Notes: generated from the sequence alone by a model not told the origin. Counted from the first letter of the stretch, positions 16,789-27,474 are shown. The stretch: 64,000 nt of DNA from an uncultured virus (IMG/VR IMGVR_UViG_3300024265_000044) (IMGVR_UViG_3300024265_000044), one strand, 5' to 3'. Made by a program: numbers and translations.

Positions 16789-18946
16789 GTTTTCCGTGGA
16801 AGCCATCTTCAAGGCGCGAGATCGTTTCAGTCGACCGATCGCGAAGATGTCGCGAGGGGTGGCCCGCTTCACGCGTAAGGCGGAGGCGGGCCTTCGTCGT
16901 ATGAGCCGCGTGTCTGCGCGCGTCGGTGCCGGGCTGAGAAAAGCCGGCATCGCGGCGGCGGCTATGGGAGCGGCGGCCGGCGCGGCATTGTTGAACATTG
17001 GGCGGACCGGGGCGAGCTTCGAGCAAGCGATCACCAACGTCGGCGCGGTGTCGCTGAAAACGCGAGACCAAATAAAACCGTTGGAGGACCAAGCGAAGTC
17101 GCTAGGCGCGACCACGAAATTCACCGCAACGCAAGTCGCCGCGGGGATGGAGATCATGGCTCGCGCCGGTTTCGAGACGAACGAGATCATGAGCGGGATC
17201 CCCGGTGTGCTCGATGCCGCGGCCGCCTCTGGCTTGGAGCTCGCCGAGGTTTCCAACGTTGTCTCGAACGTCCTCAAGGGCATGGGCCTCGAAGCGAGCG
17301 AGGCCAGCAACGTCGCGGACGTCCTCGCTCTCGCGTCGGCGCGCACCAACAGCACGATCGGGACGCTCGGCGAGTCGATGAAAAACGTCGCGTCGACAGC
17401 GCGGCAACTGAACATTCCGCTCACCGACGTCGTCGCCGGTGTCGCGTCGCTCCAAGATGTCGGCCTCGACGCGAGCGTTGCAGGCTCGGCGATGAACACG
17501 ATGTTGACGAAGCTTGCCGCGCCTTCGAAGTCGTTGCGGAAAAAGTTCAAGGACCTCGGGATCGCATTCGAGGACACCGCCGGCAACGCGCTCCCCTTCA
17601 ACGAGATCCTCGCCAACCTCTCGAAGGGCGCCAAGAAGTCCGGCGGCAATATGAAGCAAGTCGCTTTCCTCGCCGAGCTCGTCGGCCTTCGAGGTCAAAA
17701 GGCGGCCTCGAATTTGTCGAAGCTCTTCGAGACGGGCAAGTTGGAGAGGCTCACCAAGGAGCTCGAAAAGGCTGGCGGGTCCGCCAAGAAAATGGCCGAC
17801 ATCCGGATGGACACGCTCACCGGCGACTTGTTGAAACTCGAGGCCGCCGCGGACAGCGTCAAGATCCAACTATTCGACACCGAGAGCGGACCCTTGCGCG
17901 CCATGATTCAAGGCATGACGAAGTGGATCGAAAAGAATGACGAGCTGATCCAATCTGAGTTTGTCAGTTTCCTCGAAAAGACACGCGAGAACATGGACGG
18001 GATCGTCCTTGTCCTCAAGGCGATCGGCGCCGGTGTCGCGGTTTGGCTTGTGATGACGATCGCCATCAAGGCCGCGGCCGTGGCGCTGTTCATTTGGAAA
18101 GGCCTTGTTGCGCTCGCGACGGCGGCGGTGTGGCTGTATAACGCCGCGCTCTTCGCTGGAAAGATCGCGATGTTCGCTTTTCAGGTTGCGGCCGGCATCG
18201 GCCTCGGCGTTGTCGTGGCCGGCGTTCTAGCGCTCACGGCGGTTGTGTTGTCTCTCATCGCAATCTGGGATCAGCTCAACAAACTCGCCGCCGAAACAGA
18301 AGGCCTTGGCATCACCGGCACGATTTCGGAGATGTTCGAGCAAGGCACTTTCAGCCCGTTCGAAGCGATCGACGAATTCCAAAACCGCAAGGCGCGCGAG
18401 CGCGCAGGTGAGCGACAACTCGAAACGAGCGTTGGACGGAAGAAAGGCGAGGAGGTTGTTGGCCGAGTCCAAGCCGTTGCCGGTGCAGGCGCCGGAGCCG
18501 GTACGCTCGGCCAGCAATTCGACATCGGAGCCGCGAACGCAAAGTTGGGGCCGTCATTCGATAGTCTTTTGGCAAGCCAAGAAGGCGTGGTTGGCGCCAA
18601 CGCCGAGTTTGAAAAAGCGATGAACCTCCAACAGGAGATGAGCGCGGCGTCAGCCCAGCAATTTGACGACACGATCGCGCGCGAGGGCGCAGCCATCGCG
18701 GCATCGAATACGCGCCTCCAGGCCTTCGAGGGCTTCCTCAGCGGTCTCACTCAATCGGCCATCGCCGCGCAAGGTGGCGATCCACAAGTCGTGACACCGG
18801 GCGAGGTGACCTCGCGCGCGATCACCGAGTCGACCGAGACCCAACGGAGCGAGGTGACGATCATCGACCAATCCGGGCGAGCTCAGATCACCAAGCAACC
18901 AAAGGGCGCCGGATCGTTGAAGCTCCAACAGAGCGGAGCTCTCTGA
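16775..18946 (+). CDS. Tail tape measure protein (TP901-type core)
   Basis: LGATTKFTATQVAAGMEIMARAGF and GLDASVAGSAMNTML; hydrophobic segments. Confidence 0.92.
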   Translation: MPKGRFSVEAIFKARDRFSRPIAKMSRGVARFTRKAEAGLRRMSRVSARVGAGLRKAGIAAAAMGAAAGAALLNIGRTGASFEQAITNVGAVSLKTRDQIKPLEDQAKSLGATTKFTATQVAAGMEIMARAGFETNEIMSGIPGVLDAAAASGLELAEVSNVVSNVLKGMGLEASEASNVADVLALASARTNSTIGTLGESMKNVASTARQLNIPLTDVVAGVASLQDVGLDASVAGSAMNTMLTKLAAPSKSLRKKFKDLGIAFEDTAGNALPFNEILANLSKGAKKSGGNMKQVAFLAELVGLRGQKAASNLSKLFETGKLERLTKELEKAGGSAKKMADIRMDTLTGDLLKLEAAADSVKIQLFDTESGPLRAMIQGMTKWIEKNDELIQSEFVSFLEKTRENMDGIVLVLKAIGAGVAVWLVMTIAIKAAAVALFIWKGLVALATAAVWLYNAALFAGKIAMFAFQVAAGIGLGVVVAGVLALTAVVLSLIAIWDQLNKLAAETEGLGITGTISEMFEQGTFSPFEAIDEFQNRKARERAGERQLETSVGRKKGEEVVGRVQAVAGAGAGAGTLGQQFDIGAANAKLGPSFDSLLASQEGVVGANAEFEKAMNLQQEMSAASAQQFDDTIAREGAAIAASNTRLQAFEGFLSGLTQSAIAAQGGDPQVVTPGEVTSRAITESTETQRSEVTIIDQSGRAQITKQPKGAGSLKLQQSGAL

Positions 18947-18947
18947 G

Positions 18948-20300
18948 ATGACTCAATCGATCCTCCCCGGATCCTCCGGGCTCAGTGGTATCGACCGCGA
19001 CACTTGGCAAGATCGTTTGCGCGAGGCCGCGTACACGTCGCCAGGCGGAACGCGCATCACTTTCGATTTCACCGACGTCCGCCGGTTGAACCGAAAGCGG
19101 ACAACCGCCTTCGAGTTTCCCGGTGTCGACGGCGCGTATATTCAAGACAACGGATCGGGTCCTCGTCGCTATCCGTTGCGCTGCTTTTTCAGCGGTGGGC
19201 AACACGATCTATTTGCGACGGCCTTTGAGCAGTCGCTACTCGAGCGCGGCGTTGGCAAGTTGCAGCATCCGCTATACGGGACATTTAATGTCGTGCCGTT
19301 CGGTGAGATTGTGCGACGCGATGATCTCGTCACCGCGGCGAATCAAACGGTCGTCGAGGTAACGTTTTTCAAAACGCTCGGCGCGATCTTCCCGTCCGCT
19401 GGAAAGAGTGCCGAAAGCGAGATCCTCGCGGCGCTCGCCGGATTCAATCTGGCCGAGGCTCAACAGTGGGCAAACAGCATGAACCTCGCCGGAGCACTCG
19501 AAGAGGCCTCGACGAAGGCGACGATCCGCGACTTCCTGTTGAGCGTTAGCGATGCGTTGGGCGATGTTTCTGAGGCTACGCTAAGCGTCACCCGCGAATT
19601 TCGAACCATCCAACGAGACATCAATCTTGGCCTCGACATTCTCATTGGCCAACCGTTGCAGCTCGCGCAACAAATCTCGAACATGATCACGCTTCCCGCG
19701 CGCGCGCTCGCGGGAATCCAATCGCGCCTCGATGCATACGGCGATCTAGCCAACAGCATCTTCGGATCCGATGCCGGCAATCCGGCGATCTCGCTTTTGC
19801 CAGGCACCGCGAATCAGTCGTTGACCACAAGGGTCGCGAATGACTTCCACACGGCCGATCTACATGCGAGCTCGGCGGTTGCTGGTAGCGTCTCATCCGT
19901 CCTCAACAACACGTTCGAGACGAAGCCGGACGCCATCGAAGCCGCCGAGGCCGTCCAAAATCAATTCGACGCATGGACCGAGTTTCGTGAGCCCGGCTTC
20001 ACCGCGCTCGAAGCGATCCCCGCGCTTGGCAACTTCCAGCTCGACACCGGCGAGGGGTATCAAGCGCTTCACCAAGCGGTGGCTCTGTCGGTTGGCTTTC
20101 TCATTGAGGTTTCGTTCTCGCTCGTTCCTGAGCGCGTCATCGTCCTCGACCGCGCGCGCACGATCATCGACCTATCGGCCGAGGTCTACGGAAGCGTTGA
20201 CGACCGCCTCGACTTCCTCATCAACACCAATGAGCTCAGCGGGAGCGAGATCCTTGAGCTCAAGCGTGGCAGAGTCATCCGCTACTATCCGGATCCGTGA
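18948..20300 (+). CDS. DNA circularisation / tail-DNA protein (Mu gpN-like)
   Basis: WQDRLREAAY, FEFPGVDGAYIQDNG, GVGKLQHPLYG. Confidence 0.85.
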   Translation: MTQSILPGSSGLSGIDRDTWQDRLREAAYTSPGGTRITFDFTDVRRLNRKRTTAFEFPGVDGAYIQDNGSGPRRYPLRCFFSGGQHDLFATAFEQSLLERGVGKLQHPLYGTFNVVPFGEIVRRDDLVTAANQTVVEVTFFKTLGAIFPSAGKSAESEILAALAGFNLAEAQQWANSMNLAGALEEASTKATIRDFLLSVSDALGDVSEATLSVTREFRTIQRDINLGLDILIGQPLQLAQQISNMITLPARALAGIQSRLDAYGDLANSIFGSDAGNPAISLLPGTANQSLTTRVANDFHTADLHASSAVAGSVSSVLNNTFETKPDAIEAAEAVQNQFDAWTEFREPGFTALEAIPALGNFQLDTGEGYQALHQAVALSVGFLIEVSFSLVPERVIVLDRARTIIDLSAEVYGSVDDRLDFLINTNELSGSEILELKRGRVIRYYPDP

Positions 20301-20303
20301 GCG

Positions 20304-21371
20304 ATGGAGGAAGTCACGATCCGGATCATCGATCCGAACACTGGCAGCATCTTCGAGAGTGGTGCCGATTTCAAGTTTTGGACGAGCGTCGAGATCGTTA
20401 GATCGATCGATACGTTTTCGACCGTATCATTCAGCGCACCATTCGAAGCCGAGCGGAAGGAATTGCGCGAGGTGTTTCGGCCGTTCAGTTTCAAAGGCAT
20501 GGAGGTCTTTGTCGGGACCGAGTGCGTGTTCACCGGCACGCTTGTCGACATCAAGCCGGAGAAAACACCGGACGCGCGCACGGTCACTTGTGCGGGCTAT
20601 GCCTTCCCGGCGGTGATGGAGGATTGTACCGAGCCACCGGCGGAAGTCCCGACCGAGTTCAATAAGCTCGGACTCAGAGACATTGCACTCAAACTCGCCC
20701 GCGCGTTCAACATCGGCGTGGACTTCCGCGCTGAGGAGGGCGCGCGCTTCGACAAGGTGGAGCTCACCCCACAAGACACGCCGCACGGTCTTTTGGTGAA
20801 GCTTGCGAAGCAACGAAACCTCGTCATCTCGAACACGCCCGAGGGCAAACTATTGTGTTGGAGGTCGATAGAGGTTGGCTCACCGGTGGCGCGCTTCAAA
20901 GACAACGAGCGACCGTTGCCCTCGGTGTCGCCATCGTTCTCACCGCAAGACTACTTTTCAGAATTGACCGCATTCGTTCCGGCCAAAAACGGCAAAGCCG
21001 GGTCAAGGTTCACCGAGCTCAATACGTTCCTACGCAAAACGCTACGGCCGCGATCTTTCACCGTCGAAGATACCGACGACGCTGACGCGGAGGCCGCCGC
21101 CAAAGCGAAGATGGGTAGAATGTTCGGCAATGCGGTCTCATTCGCGATCGGGCCGATCCCATCGTGGCGCGATCCTCAAGGCGACCTATGGAAAGAAAAC
21201 ACGACAGTTACCCTCCACGCGCCGGACGCCATGATCTATCGCGAGACCGAGTTTCTAGTGAGGTCGGTGAAGTTGAATCAAGACGCCGACACCGAGGTTG
21301 CAACACTCGAGCTCGTCTTACCCGGCGCATTTAGCGGCGAGCTCCCCAGTGAGTTACCATGGGAAGAATAG
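20304..21371 (+). CDS. Baseplate hub protein (Mu gp44-like)
   Basis: WTSVEIVRSIDT, WRDPQGDLWKENT; position. Confidence 0.85.
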   Translation: MEEVTIRIIDPNTGSIFESGADFKFWTSVEIVRSIDTFSTVSFSAPFEAERKELREVFRPFSFKGMEVFVGTECVFTGTLVDIKPEKTPDARTVTCAGYAFPAVMEDCTEPPAEVPTEFNKLGLRDIALKLARAFNIGVDFRAEEGARFDKVELTPQDTPHGLLVKLAKQRNLVISNTPEGKLLCWRSIEVGSPVARFKDNERPLPSVSPSFSPQDYFSELTAFVPAKNGKAGSRFTELNTFLRKTLRPRSFTVEDTDDADAEAAAKAKMGRMFGNAVSFAIGPIPSWRDPQGDLWKENTTVTLHAPDAMIYRETEFLVRSVKLNQDADTEVATLELVLPGAFSGELPSELPWEE

Positions 21372-21928
21372 CCACAGTCCTAGAGTTCATCCGTGAGACG
21401 GTTGGAACCAACGAGATCGCACAAGTCAAAGGCGATCCCGGTGGCGGTGCGGCCTTCACCGCTCAACACTTCGACGGCACCGGAGTCGATGCACAACCGC
21501 TCACGGGCGACATCATGGCAACCGGCGACTCGCCGGGCACCAACTCCCAACACATCACCGGCTACGCCGACCCAAAGAAACGAGGCAAGGCGAGCCAAGG
21601 CGAGCGGCGGCTTTATTGTCGCGACGCCTCGACGGGCGAGGAAGTCGGGGAGCTCTGGCTCAAAAATGACGGAACGCTCGCGATTGACATGACAGTTGCG
21701 ACGTCGATCAAGTCTCCGGTCGTAAACCTAGACAGCCCGGATGTGAGACTGAGCGACGCGGCCGGCGCCGACATCATGCGCGTCGGTGATCTCGTTGCAG
21801 TGACGGTGCCGCCGATGGTTGCGGGCTTGGTCCCTGTGACGCCTGTTCTGCCAATCCACGCATCGCCGACCGGCGGTATCCTCGCCGCGGGACAAGGGAT
21901 CAGCGGCAATCCGAAAGTCAAAGGGTGA
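21359..21928 (+). CDS. Baseplate spike (Mu gp45-like)
   Basis: GVDAQPL, GERRLY, ELWLKNDGTL. Confidence 0.75.
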   Translation: MGRIATVLEFIRETVGTNEIAQVKGDPGGGAAFTAQHFDGTGVDAQPLTGDIMATGDSPGTNSQHITGYADPKKRGKASQGERRLYCRDASTGEEVGELWLKNDGTLAIDMTVATSIKSPVVNLDSPDVRLSDAAGADIMRVGDLVAVTVPPMVAGLVPVTPVLPIHASPTGGILAAGQGISGNPKVKG

Positions 21929-21931
21929 GGC

Positions 21932-23011
21932 ATGGGCATCGAGCTCGTCGGCACGTTGCCGGTCTCGGCCCTGAACATTGGTTTGGGCGCTTCGACCGTC
22001 GCCTTCACCGCGGACGTCACCAAACTCACCGGCGACATCGCGGGGCTCACCGCGGCGATCGAAACTCAGATCCAATTTAGCGCTGACTTCCCTCCCAACC
22101 TTGCGGGCTTCGCGGCGGCGTTCGCTTTAGCTCTCAATCCAGCGAATCTACTCGCCGCATTCAATCCGGCCGCTTGGATTTCTCTGAGCGGGGATGCCAA
22201 TCTTGAGCTCGTTGCGAATCTCGGCCTCGTCGATGCGCAAATCACACTCGTCCAACCGGTTGTCGCGGATCTTAATCTTGGGGCAGATGCGTCGAGCCTC
22301 CAGGGTTGGAGCTACTCAGGCCAGGCCGAAGGCTTCGGCCGAACGCTCGAAAGCGCCACGGCGCAAGGCTTCGCCAACACCGCACCCAACGACAACATCG
22401 ACGCGCTCATCATCGCGACAAATCTTTTTGCATCGTGGGAATCTTTCTCGCTCGGGTTCAACACCGGCGAGAGCTCCAACAAAGACCTCGGCAACACGAC
22501 CGACCAACAGCAACTTCAAAGCCTCGGCACGCTCACCGGCGACGATTGGAACGTTGGAGTAAAGCTAATCCTCGAACCGGTGCGACTCATCCTCACCGCC
22601 CTCGAGCAAGCCAAGGCCGCGCTCGAAGCTCAGATCGAAGTGTCGCTCGGTGTGAACCTCCCCGACCCGGGCACGATCGTCGACTTCGGCCTTTCAATCG
22701 ATCTCGATGCGGCGTTGGGAAGCATCGAAGTCCAAACAGACCTTGAAGCATCTATCAGCGGGATCCAATTCGACATCGACGCAACGCTTGCATTCATCGC
22801 CGACATCGATCTTTTACTCGAAGTCGGCGGCCTCACTTTTTGGAGCTACACCGGGCCGGCTAGCGAGCTTGGTACGGCCCTCGCGGACCAACTGAGCGAC
22901 GGCCTACCAGGGACACCGGACGGCCCAGAGGCGCCAATCTACGGCGTCGCGGTGGCGTCCTCAAACAGCGCGGCGTGGGCCGCATTCGGGAGCATCTTTA
23001 GGACCTCATGA
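21932..23011 (+). CDS. Acidic hypothetical virion protein with internal duplication
   Basis: Two related halves (WSYSGQAEGFG / WSYTGPASELG); very few K/R. Confidence 0.6.
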   Translation: MGIELVGTLPVSALNIGLGASTVAFTADVTKLTGDIAGLTAAIETQIQFSADFPPNLAGFAAAFALALNPANLLAAFNPAAWISLSGDANLELVANLGLVDAQITLVQPVVADLNLGADASSLQGWSYSGQAEGFGRTLESATAQGFANTAPNDNIDALIIATNLFASWESFSLGFNTGESSNKDLGNTTDQQQLQSLGTLTGDDWNVGVKLILEPVRLILTALEQAKAALEAQIEVSLGVNLPDPGTIVDFGLSIDLDAALGSIEVQTDLEASISGIQFDIDATLAFIADIDLLLEVGGLTFWSYTGPASELGTALADQLSDGLPGTPDGPEAPIYGVAVASSNSAAWAAFGSIFRTS

Positions 23012-23757
23012 CAGACGTCGCGACAATGTTTTTCATATATGCGCTCTGCGAGCCAGGTCCTTGTGGCCGGATCAGATATATCGGCCAAACGCGCAACGCG
23101 ATGGATCGTATGGCGGCGCATCGCCACCGAAAAGACGACACCGACAAAGCGAAGTGGATTCAAGAATTGAGCGACAAAGGAGAAAGTTTCTCTGTCCGAA
23201 TTCTTGAATACTGCGATGAGGCACAACTCGCAGAACGCGAACGCTTTTGGATTGCGCTTGCACGTTCACTTGGAGTCGACCTGACAAATATGGTGGCTGG
23301 CGGAAACGGTTCAACGGGCTGGCGTCCGACATCAGAGCAACGTTCCAAGATGTCGGACGCACAACTCGGAAACAAGAAGGCCATCGGCAATACTCATCGG
23401 TTAGGGAAATTTCACTCCGACGCTGTCAAAAAACGCATGGCGGTTGCGCATATTGGCCGTCGTCACTCCGAGGCTACCAAACAACGATTGGCCGAATTGC
23501 GTACGGGTCAGAAGCACTCCGACAAAACAAAAAGAAAGATTTCGTCGACCAAGGCGAAGTCTGGAGCGCCACACGGCTCCATGCATGGACGAGCGAAGTT
23601 GACCGATTCCGATGTGGTCCAGATGATTGCTCTTCATAACGCTCAAGTCACCATCAGCAGCCTTTCAAAAAGGTTCGCAGTTGGTCGGACCCAAGTGCGA
23701 AGGATCGTAAATCGAGAATCCTGGAAACATTTGAATCTTGAGAGGGCGCATCAGTGA
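23008..23757 (+). CDS. GIY-YIG endonuclease with NUMOD3-like repeats and C-terminal HTH
   Basis: FIYAL...RYIGQT, ERERFWI, HSEATKQRL/HSDKTKRKIS, HGRAKLTDSDV. Confidence 0.88.
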   Translation: MTDVATMFFIYALCEPGPCGRIRYIGQTRNAMDRMAAHRHRKDDTDKAKWIQELSDKGESFSVRILEYCDEAQLAERERFWIALARSLGVDLTNMVAGGNGSTGWRPTSEQRSKMSDAQLGNKKAIGNTHRLGKFHSDAVKKRMAVAHIGRRHSEATKQRLAELRTGQKHSDKTKRKISSTKAKSGAPHGSMHGRAKLTDSDVVQMIALHNAQVTISSLSKRFAVGRTQVRRIVNRESWKHLNLERAHQ

Positions 23758-24197
23758 CGGACGTCCGACAGTTTCAGACAGACGATGGCGGCGAGATCAC
23801 ATATACGAACGGCCAAGCTGAGCTAGACGATGGCTTGGTTGGGGCCGCGTATCTATCGCTTTTCGGAGGCAATGAGCGCGACACCGGCGGAGACGCCACC
23901 AAGGATCTCGAATGGTGGGGAAACAAGACCGAGCCCGAGGAAGTCAGGCACTATCGGAGCGAGTTCCAATCGCTACTTCGCTCCATCCCCGCGATCCCTT
24001 CTAACCTCCGGCGCATCGAGGACGCGGCCAACCGCGATCTCGCGTGGATGACGGAAACCGATCTCGCAACCTTCGTCGGCGTCGAGGCGACGATCCCAAG
24101 GATCAACACCGTAAAAATCGACGTCCAAATCGAGATCGGTGACGATGACTTTCAATTCGTGTTCACCGCGACCGGTAGAGACTTGAACCAAGACTGA
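23754..24197 (+). CDS. Baseplate wedge protein (Mu gp46-like)
   Basis: AAYLSLFGGN, WWGN, ANRDLAWM. Confidence 0.8.
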   Translation: MTDVRQFQTDDGGEITYTNGQAELDDGLVGAAYLSLFGGNERDTGGDATKDLEWWGNKTEPEEVRHYRSEFQSLLRSIPAIPSNLRRIEDAANRDLAWMTETDLATFVGVEATIPRINTVKIDVQIEIGDDDFQFVFTATGRDLNQD

Positions 24198-24206
24198 CCG
24201 CAAACG

Positions 24207-25406
24207 ATGGCCCTCCAAGTACCCACAACCCAACAGATCAACGATGCGATCATTGCCTCGCTCGAGGCGTCGCTTTCGCAGACGATCCCGTTGTTGCCAC
24301 GCTCGTTCTCGCGAGTGTTGGCCAAGGCGCTCGCTGCCGTTTTCATCCTCATCTACAAATACGCCGGCTTCAACTTCCTCCAAATGTTCGTTGCGCATGC
24401 GACTCTGGAAGAAACGGAAGTCAATGGCATCCTCGTCAAGCCGCTCGAGCTGTGGGGTGATCTCATCGGGATCGGTAAACCGATCGCGGCGGTGCAAGCC
24501 GAGCTCACGATCGACATCACGGTCACCAACCAAGTCGGAAACCTCCCAGCACAAACCCAACTGCTCAGGTCCAACACCGGGATCGTCTACCTCACCAAGA
24601 ACATCATCGCGCTCGACGCGCCAACCAAGCCCGTCGACATGGTCGCGTCATCCGATCAACAGGGCGGCGATGGATCTGGCGACATCGGCAACCTCGTCGC
24701 GGGCGACGTCGTCACGTTTGCAAACCCGCAAGCAAACGTCGCGCGCGAGGCCGTTGTCACCGCGGAAGTGATCACGGGTTCGGACGCCGAGAGTACCGCG
24801 GCCTACCGAGCTCGCATCATCAAGAAATTCCAAGCCAGGCCGCAAGGCGGCGCGTATGCGGACTATCGCGTTTGGGGTGAGGAAGTCGCCGGCATCATCA
24901 ACATTTACCCCTACACGAGCGACAACCCTGGCGAGGTCGACGTTTTCGCGGAGGCCGACACCGCGACCGGTGGGCCCGATGGTATCCCGACCGGCCCACA
25001 ACTCACCGCCGTTTTCGATGCCATCCAATTGGACGTTGCGGGCCTGGCAACTCGAAGGCCGGTAACCGCGGCGGTCAATGTATTCGCGATCACAAGAACG
25101 GGTTTCGAAGTGACGATCGCCGGCCTCGTTGTTGAGAATGAAACCCAGGTCAAGGCGGACATCGCGACGGCTATCGATGAACACATGCGGTCACGCGAGC
25201 CGTTCATCCTCGGGCTCTCAGTTTTTCCACGCGACGATCGGATCACGACAGCGGCGATCGGCGGCGTTGTTGACGCGGTCGTGAGTGCTGCGGGCGGGAC
25301 CGTCACTCTCGTGACTCTCAGCCAAGCGGGTTTGCCGATCTCGGCCGCCACGCTTGGCAACGGCGAAAAGGCAAAGCTAGCCGCCGGTCAACCCATCTAC
25401 ATTTGA
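24207..25406 (+). CDS. Baseplate J-like protein (Mu gp47-like)
   Basis: GSDAESTAAYRARI...PQGGAYADYRVWGEEVAGI. Confidence 0.9.
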   Translation: MALQVPTTQQINDAIIASLEASLSQTIPLLPRSFSRVLAKALAAVFILIYKYAGFNFLQMFVAHATLEETEVNGILVKPLELWGDLIGIGKPIAAVQAELTIDITVTNQVGNLPAQTQLLRSNTGIVYLTKNIIALDAPTKPVDMVASSDQQGGDGSGDIGNLVAGDVVTFANPQANVAREAVVTAEVITGSDAESTAAYRARIIKKFQARPQGGAYADYRVWGEEVAGIINIYPYTSDNPGEVDVFAEADTATGGPDGIPTGPQLTAVFDAIQLDVAGLATRRPVTAAVNVFAITRTGFEVTIAGLVVENETQVKADIATAIDEHMRSREPFILGLSVFPRDDRITTAAIGGVVDAVVSAAGGTVTLVTLSQAGLPISAATLGNGEKAKLAAGQPIYI

Positions 25407-25412
25407 GGCGCG

Positions 25413-26687
25413 ATGGCACTCGAACCAAAACTCACCTATCCCGGACAGATCCTAACGTCGGATCCCGCGTATCCGCTTGGCAAGGCGCGCAACGTCGCCG
25501 TCCCTGGCGATGGCACCGGCACGCCTTGGGAAGCACTCCTCGTCAACGATCTGTTCGGCTTTCAACAAGCCATGTTGGACGAAGCCGGGCTCACGGCGAC
25601 GAACGTCCCCGACAAAGTTGGCGCGAGCCAATACCTCGACGCGCTCAAATTGCTCTTCGAGGCGGCCGGCGCCGGTCGCGATTTGCAGAGCTGGCTCGGA
25701 GCTCCTAGCAACGCGATCAACAACGACATCGAGCCGCGCGGCATGGCCTGGCAAGAAAAAAATCTCGTCTGGATGGTCGCGGGATTCAGCGATGAGGCGA
25801 TGATCTCACACGATGATGGAGCTACGTGGACCGACGCTAGCAGCGGCATGACCGACAACATTGGTCTGGTAGACATCGCGCACAGTCGAGCCAACGACAT
25901 TTGGCTCGCGGTCGGTGACGACGATACAGCCTATTCGCGCACCGGGATCAGTGGCGCATGGGGGACGACACTCTTGCCCGGTGGCTCGACGGTCAACATC
26001 CAAAGCATCGTCTATGATCCGAGCGCTGATTTGTTCATTGCGATCGGACGCACTAGCGGACCCATCGCCGCGTGGATAGCGACCGCACCCGGCGGGTCCC
26101 TCACATGGACGCTAAGAACCGCGAACGTTACCGCGACTTTCACCGACGACATCCTCGAGAGCCACGCCGTGAGCGAGTCGGGCGTTTCGGTAATCTCTGC
26201 GGCGTCCGCTGCTAAGACGAAGCTCATGCGCTCGACCGACGGGATCACATGGGCGGACATCACTAGCGTCCTCGTGTCGGACACTTACACCGTCGGCTAT
26301 AATCCGAAGCTCGACAAGTTTCTCGCGTATGGCACGAGCCTCGGAAACATCTACACGTCATCCGATGGAGATACTTGGGTCTTGGTCGGTCCGGCTGCAC
26401 TTCCGCTCAACGCGCAATCAATCACGCACGAACGAAGCGTTGGATCTCTCGGCGGGATTTGGGTGATCGGCGGGAACATCGGGAACATCGGCCATATCTT
26501 TTTTGCACCGAGCGACGCGGATCTTACCGTGACAGGATGGCGCTTCCAAAAACTCTCGCCGAACATCACGCGCCTAAATTCTGTGGGCTTCGGAGAGGAC
26601 GGACTCAATGGAAAAGTGCTCGCAGGATTTGAGCCATTGCCAACGGCAACCGTCCTCGGATCGTTGCGCGCGTTGCCAATGAGATAA
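25413..26687 (+). CDS. Tail fibre / receptor-binding protein with probable beta-propeller
   Basis: N-terminal GDGTGTPW...SQYLDAL attachment domain; SxDGxTW repeats (SHDDGATW, STDGITW, SSDGDTW). Confidence 0.75.
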   Translation: MALEPKLTYPGQILTSDPAYPLGKARNVAVPGDGTGTPWEALLVNDLFGFQQAMLDEAGLTATNVPDKVGASQYLDALKLLFEAAGAGRDLQSWLGAPSNAINNDIEPRGMAWQEKNLVWMVAGFSDEAMISHDDGATWTDASSGMTDNIGLVDIAHSRANDIWLAVGDDDTAYSRTGISGAWGTTLLPGGSTVNIQSIVYDPSADLFIAIGRTSGPIAAWIATAPGGSLTWTLRTANVTATFTDDILESHAVSESGVSVISAASAAKTKLMRSTDGITWADITSVLVSDTYTVGYNPKLDKFLAYGTSLGNIYTSSDGDTWVLVGPAALPLNAQSITHERSVGSLGGIWVIGGNIGNIGHIFFAPSDADLTVTGWRFQKLSPNITRLNSVGFGEDGLNGKVLAGFEPLPTATVLGSLRALPMR

Positions 26688-26699
26688 CGGGCAAGCTCG

Positions 26700-27470
26700 A
26701 TGCCGTTCTTTCGACAATTCCAACACCTACTTCCGCAGGCGCGCGCCTGGCGACTCACCATCGACAAGACGCTCAGGCGTTTTTTCGAAGGCCTTGCGGG
26801 CGGTGCGCCAGTCGATGCGCGCGCATACATCGACGACGTTTTTGATGACGTGTTCCCACCGACGACGCGCGAGCTCGAGCAGTGGGAAGAGCAATTTGGA
26901 ATGTTCCTCCAAGGGACCGAGCCGCAACGCCGGCTCGCACTCGCCGCAGAGTGGGCCGCGACCGGTGGCCAGTCACCGAGCTACATCCAAGGCATTATCC
27001 AGGCGGCCGGCTTCACCGACGTTTTCATTTACGATTGGTGGAGCTCGGGTCCGCCTTACGTTGCAATCGATCCTCGGCTTCACACGAACAAGCCGCTCAT
27101 CGGTACTGAGCAGAGCTCGGCGTTCCCTGACCAGCCTCAGTGCCAAGCGGCGACCGATGCATTTGGCAATCCGATCCCGGGGCAACCTCAGTGCAACCGG
27201 TTCCTCGCCAACGAGGTCGGCTACATCGTCAACAACACGCTCACACCGGTCGCGCCTCCCGAAGTCCCCGACGATCCGGCGTTCTGGCCGTACTTCATAT
27301 ATTTCGCGGGGCCCGTGTTTCCAACACCCGCGGTCGTTCCCAACTCCAGGCGGTTCGAATTCGAGCGTCTCTTACTGAAACTCAATCCCATGCAAAACTG
27401 GATAGTGACAATCGTGGACTATCAAACGGTCGGCCTTTTCGGCCCGTCGTTCGATTCTACCTTCGAGTAA
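26700..27470 (+). CDS. Baseplate protein (Mu gp48/YmfQ-like)
   Basis: HLLPQARAW, LEQWEEQFG, TGGQSPSYIQ, FERLLLKLNP. Confidence 0.82.
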   Translation: MPFFRQFQHLLPQARAWRLTIDKTLRRFFEGLAGGAPVDARAYIDDVFDDVFPPTTRELEQWEEQFGMFLQGTEPQRRLALAAEWAATGGQSPSYIQGIIQAAGFTDVFIYDWWSSGPPYVAIDPRLHTNKPLIGTEQSSAFPDQPQCQAATDAFGNPIPGQPQCNRFLANEVGYIVNNTLTPVAPPEVPDDPAFWPYFIYFAGPVFPTPAVVPNSRRFEFERLLLKLNPMQNWIVTIVDYQTVGLFGPSFDSTFE

Positions 27471-27474
27471 AGCC

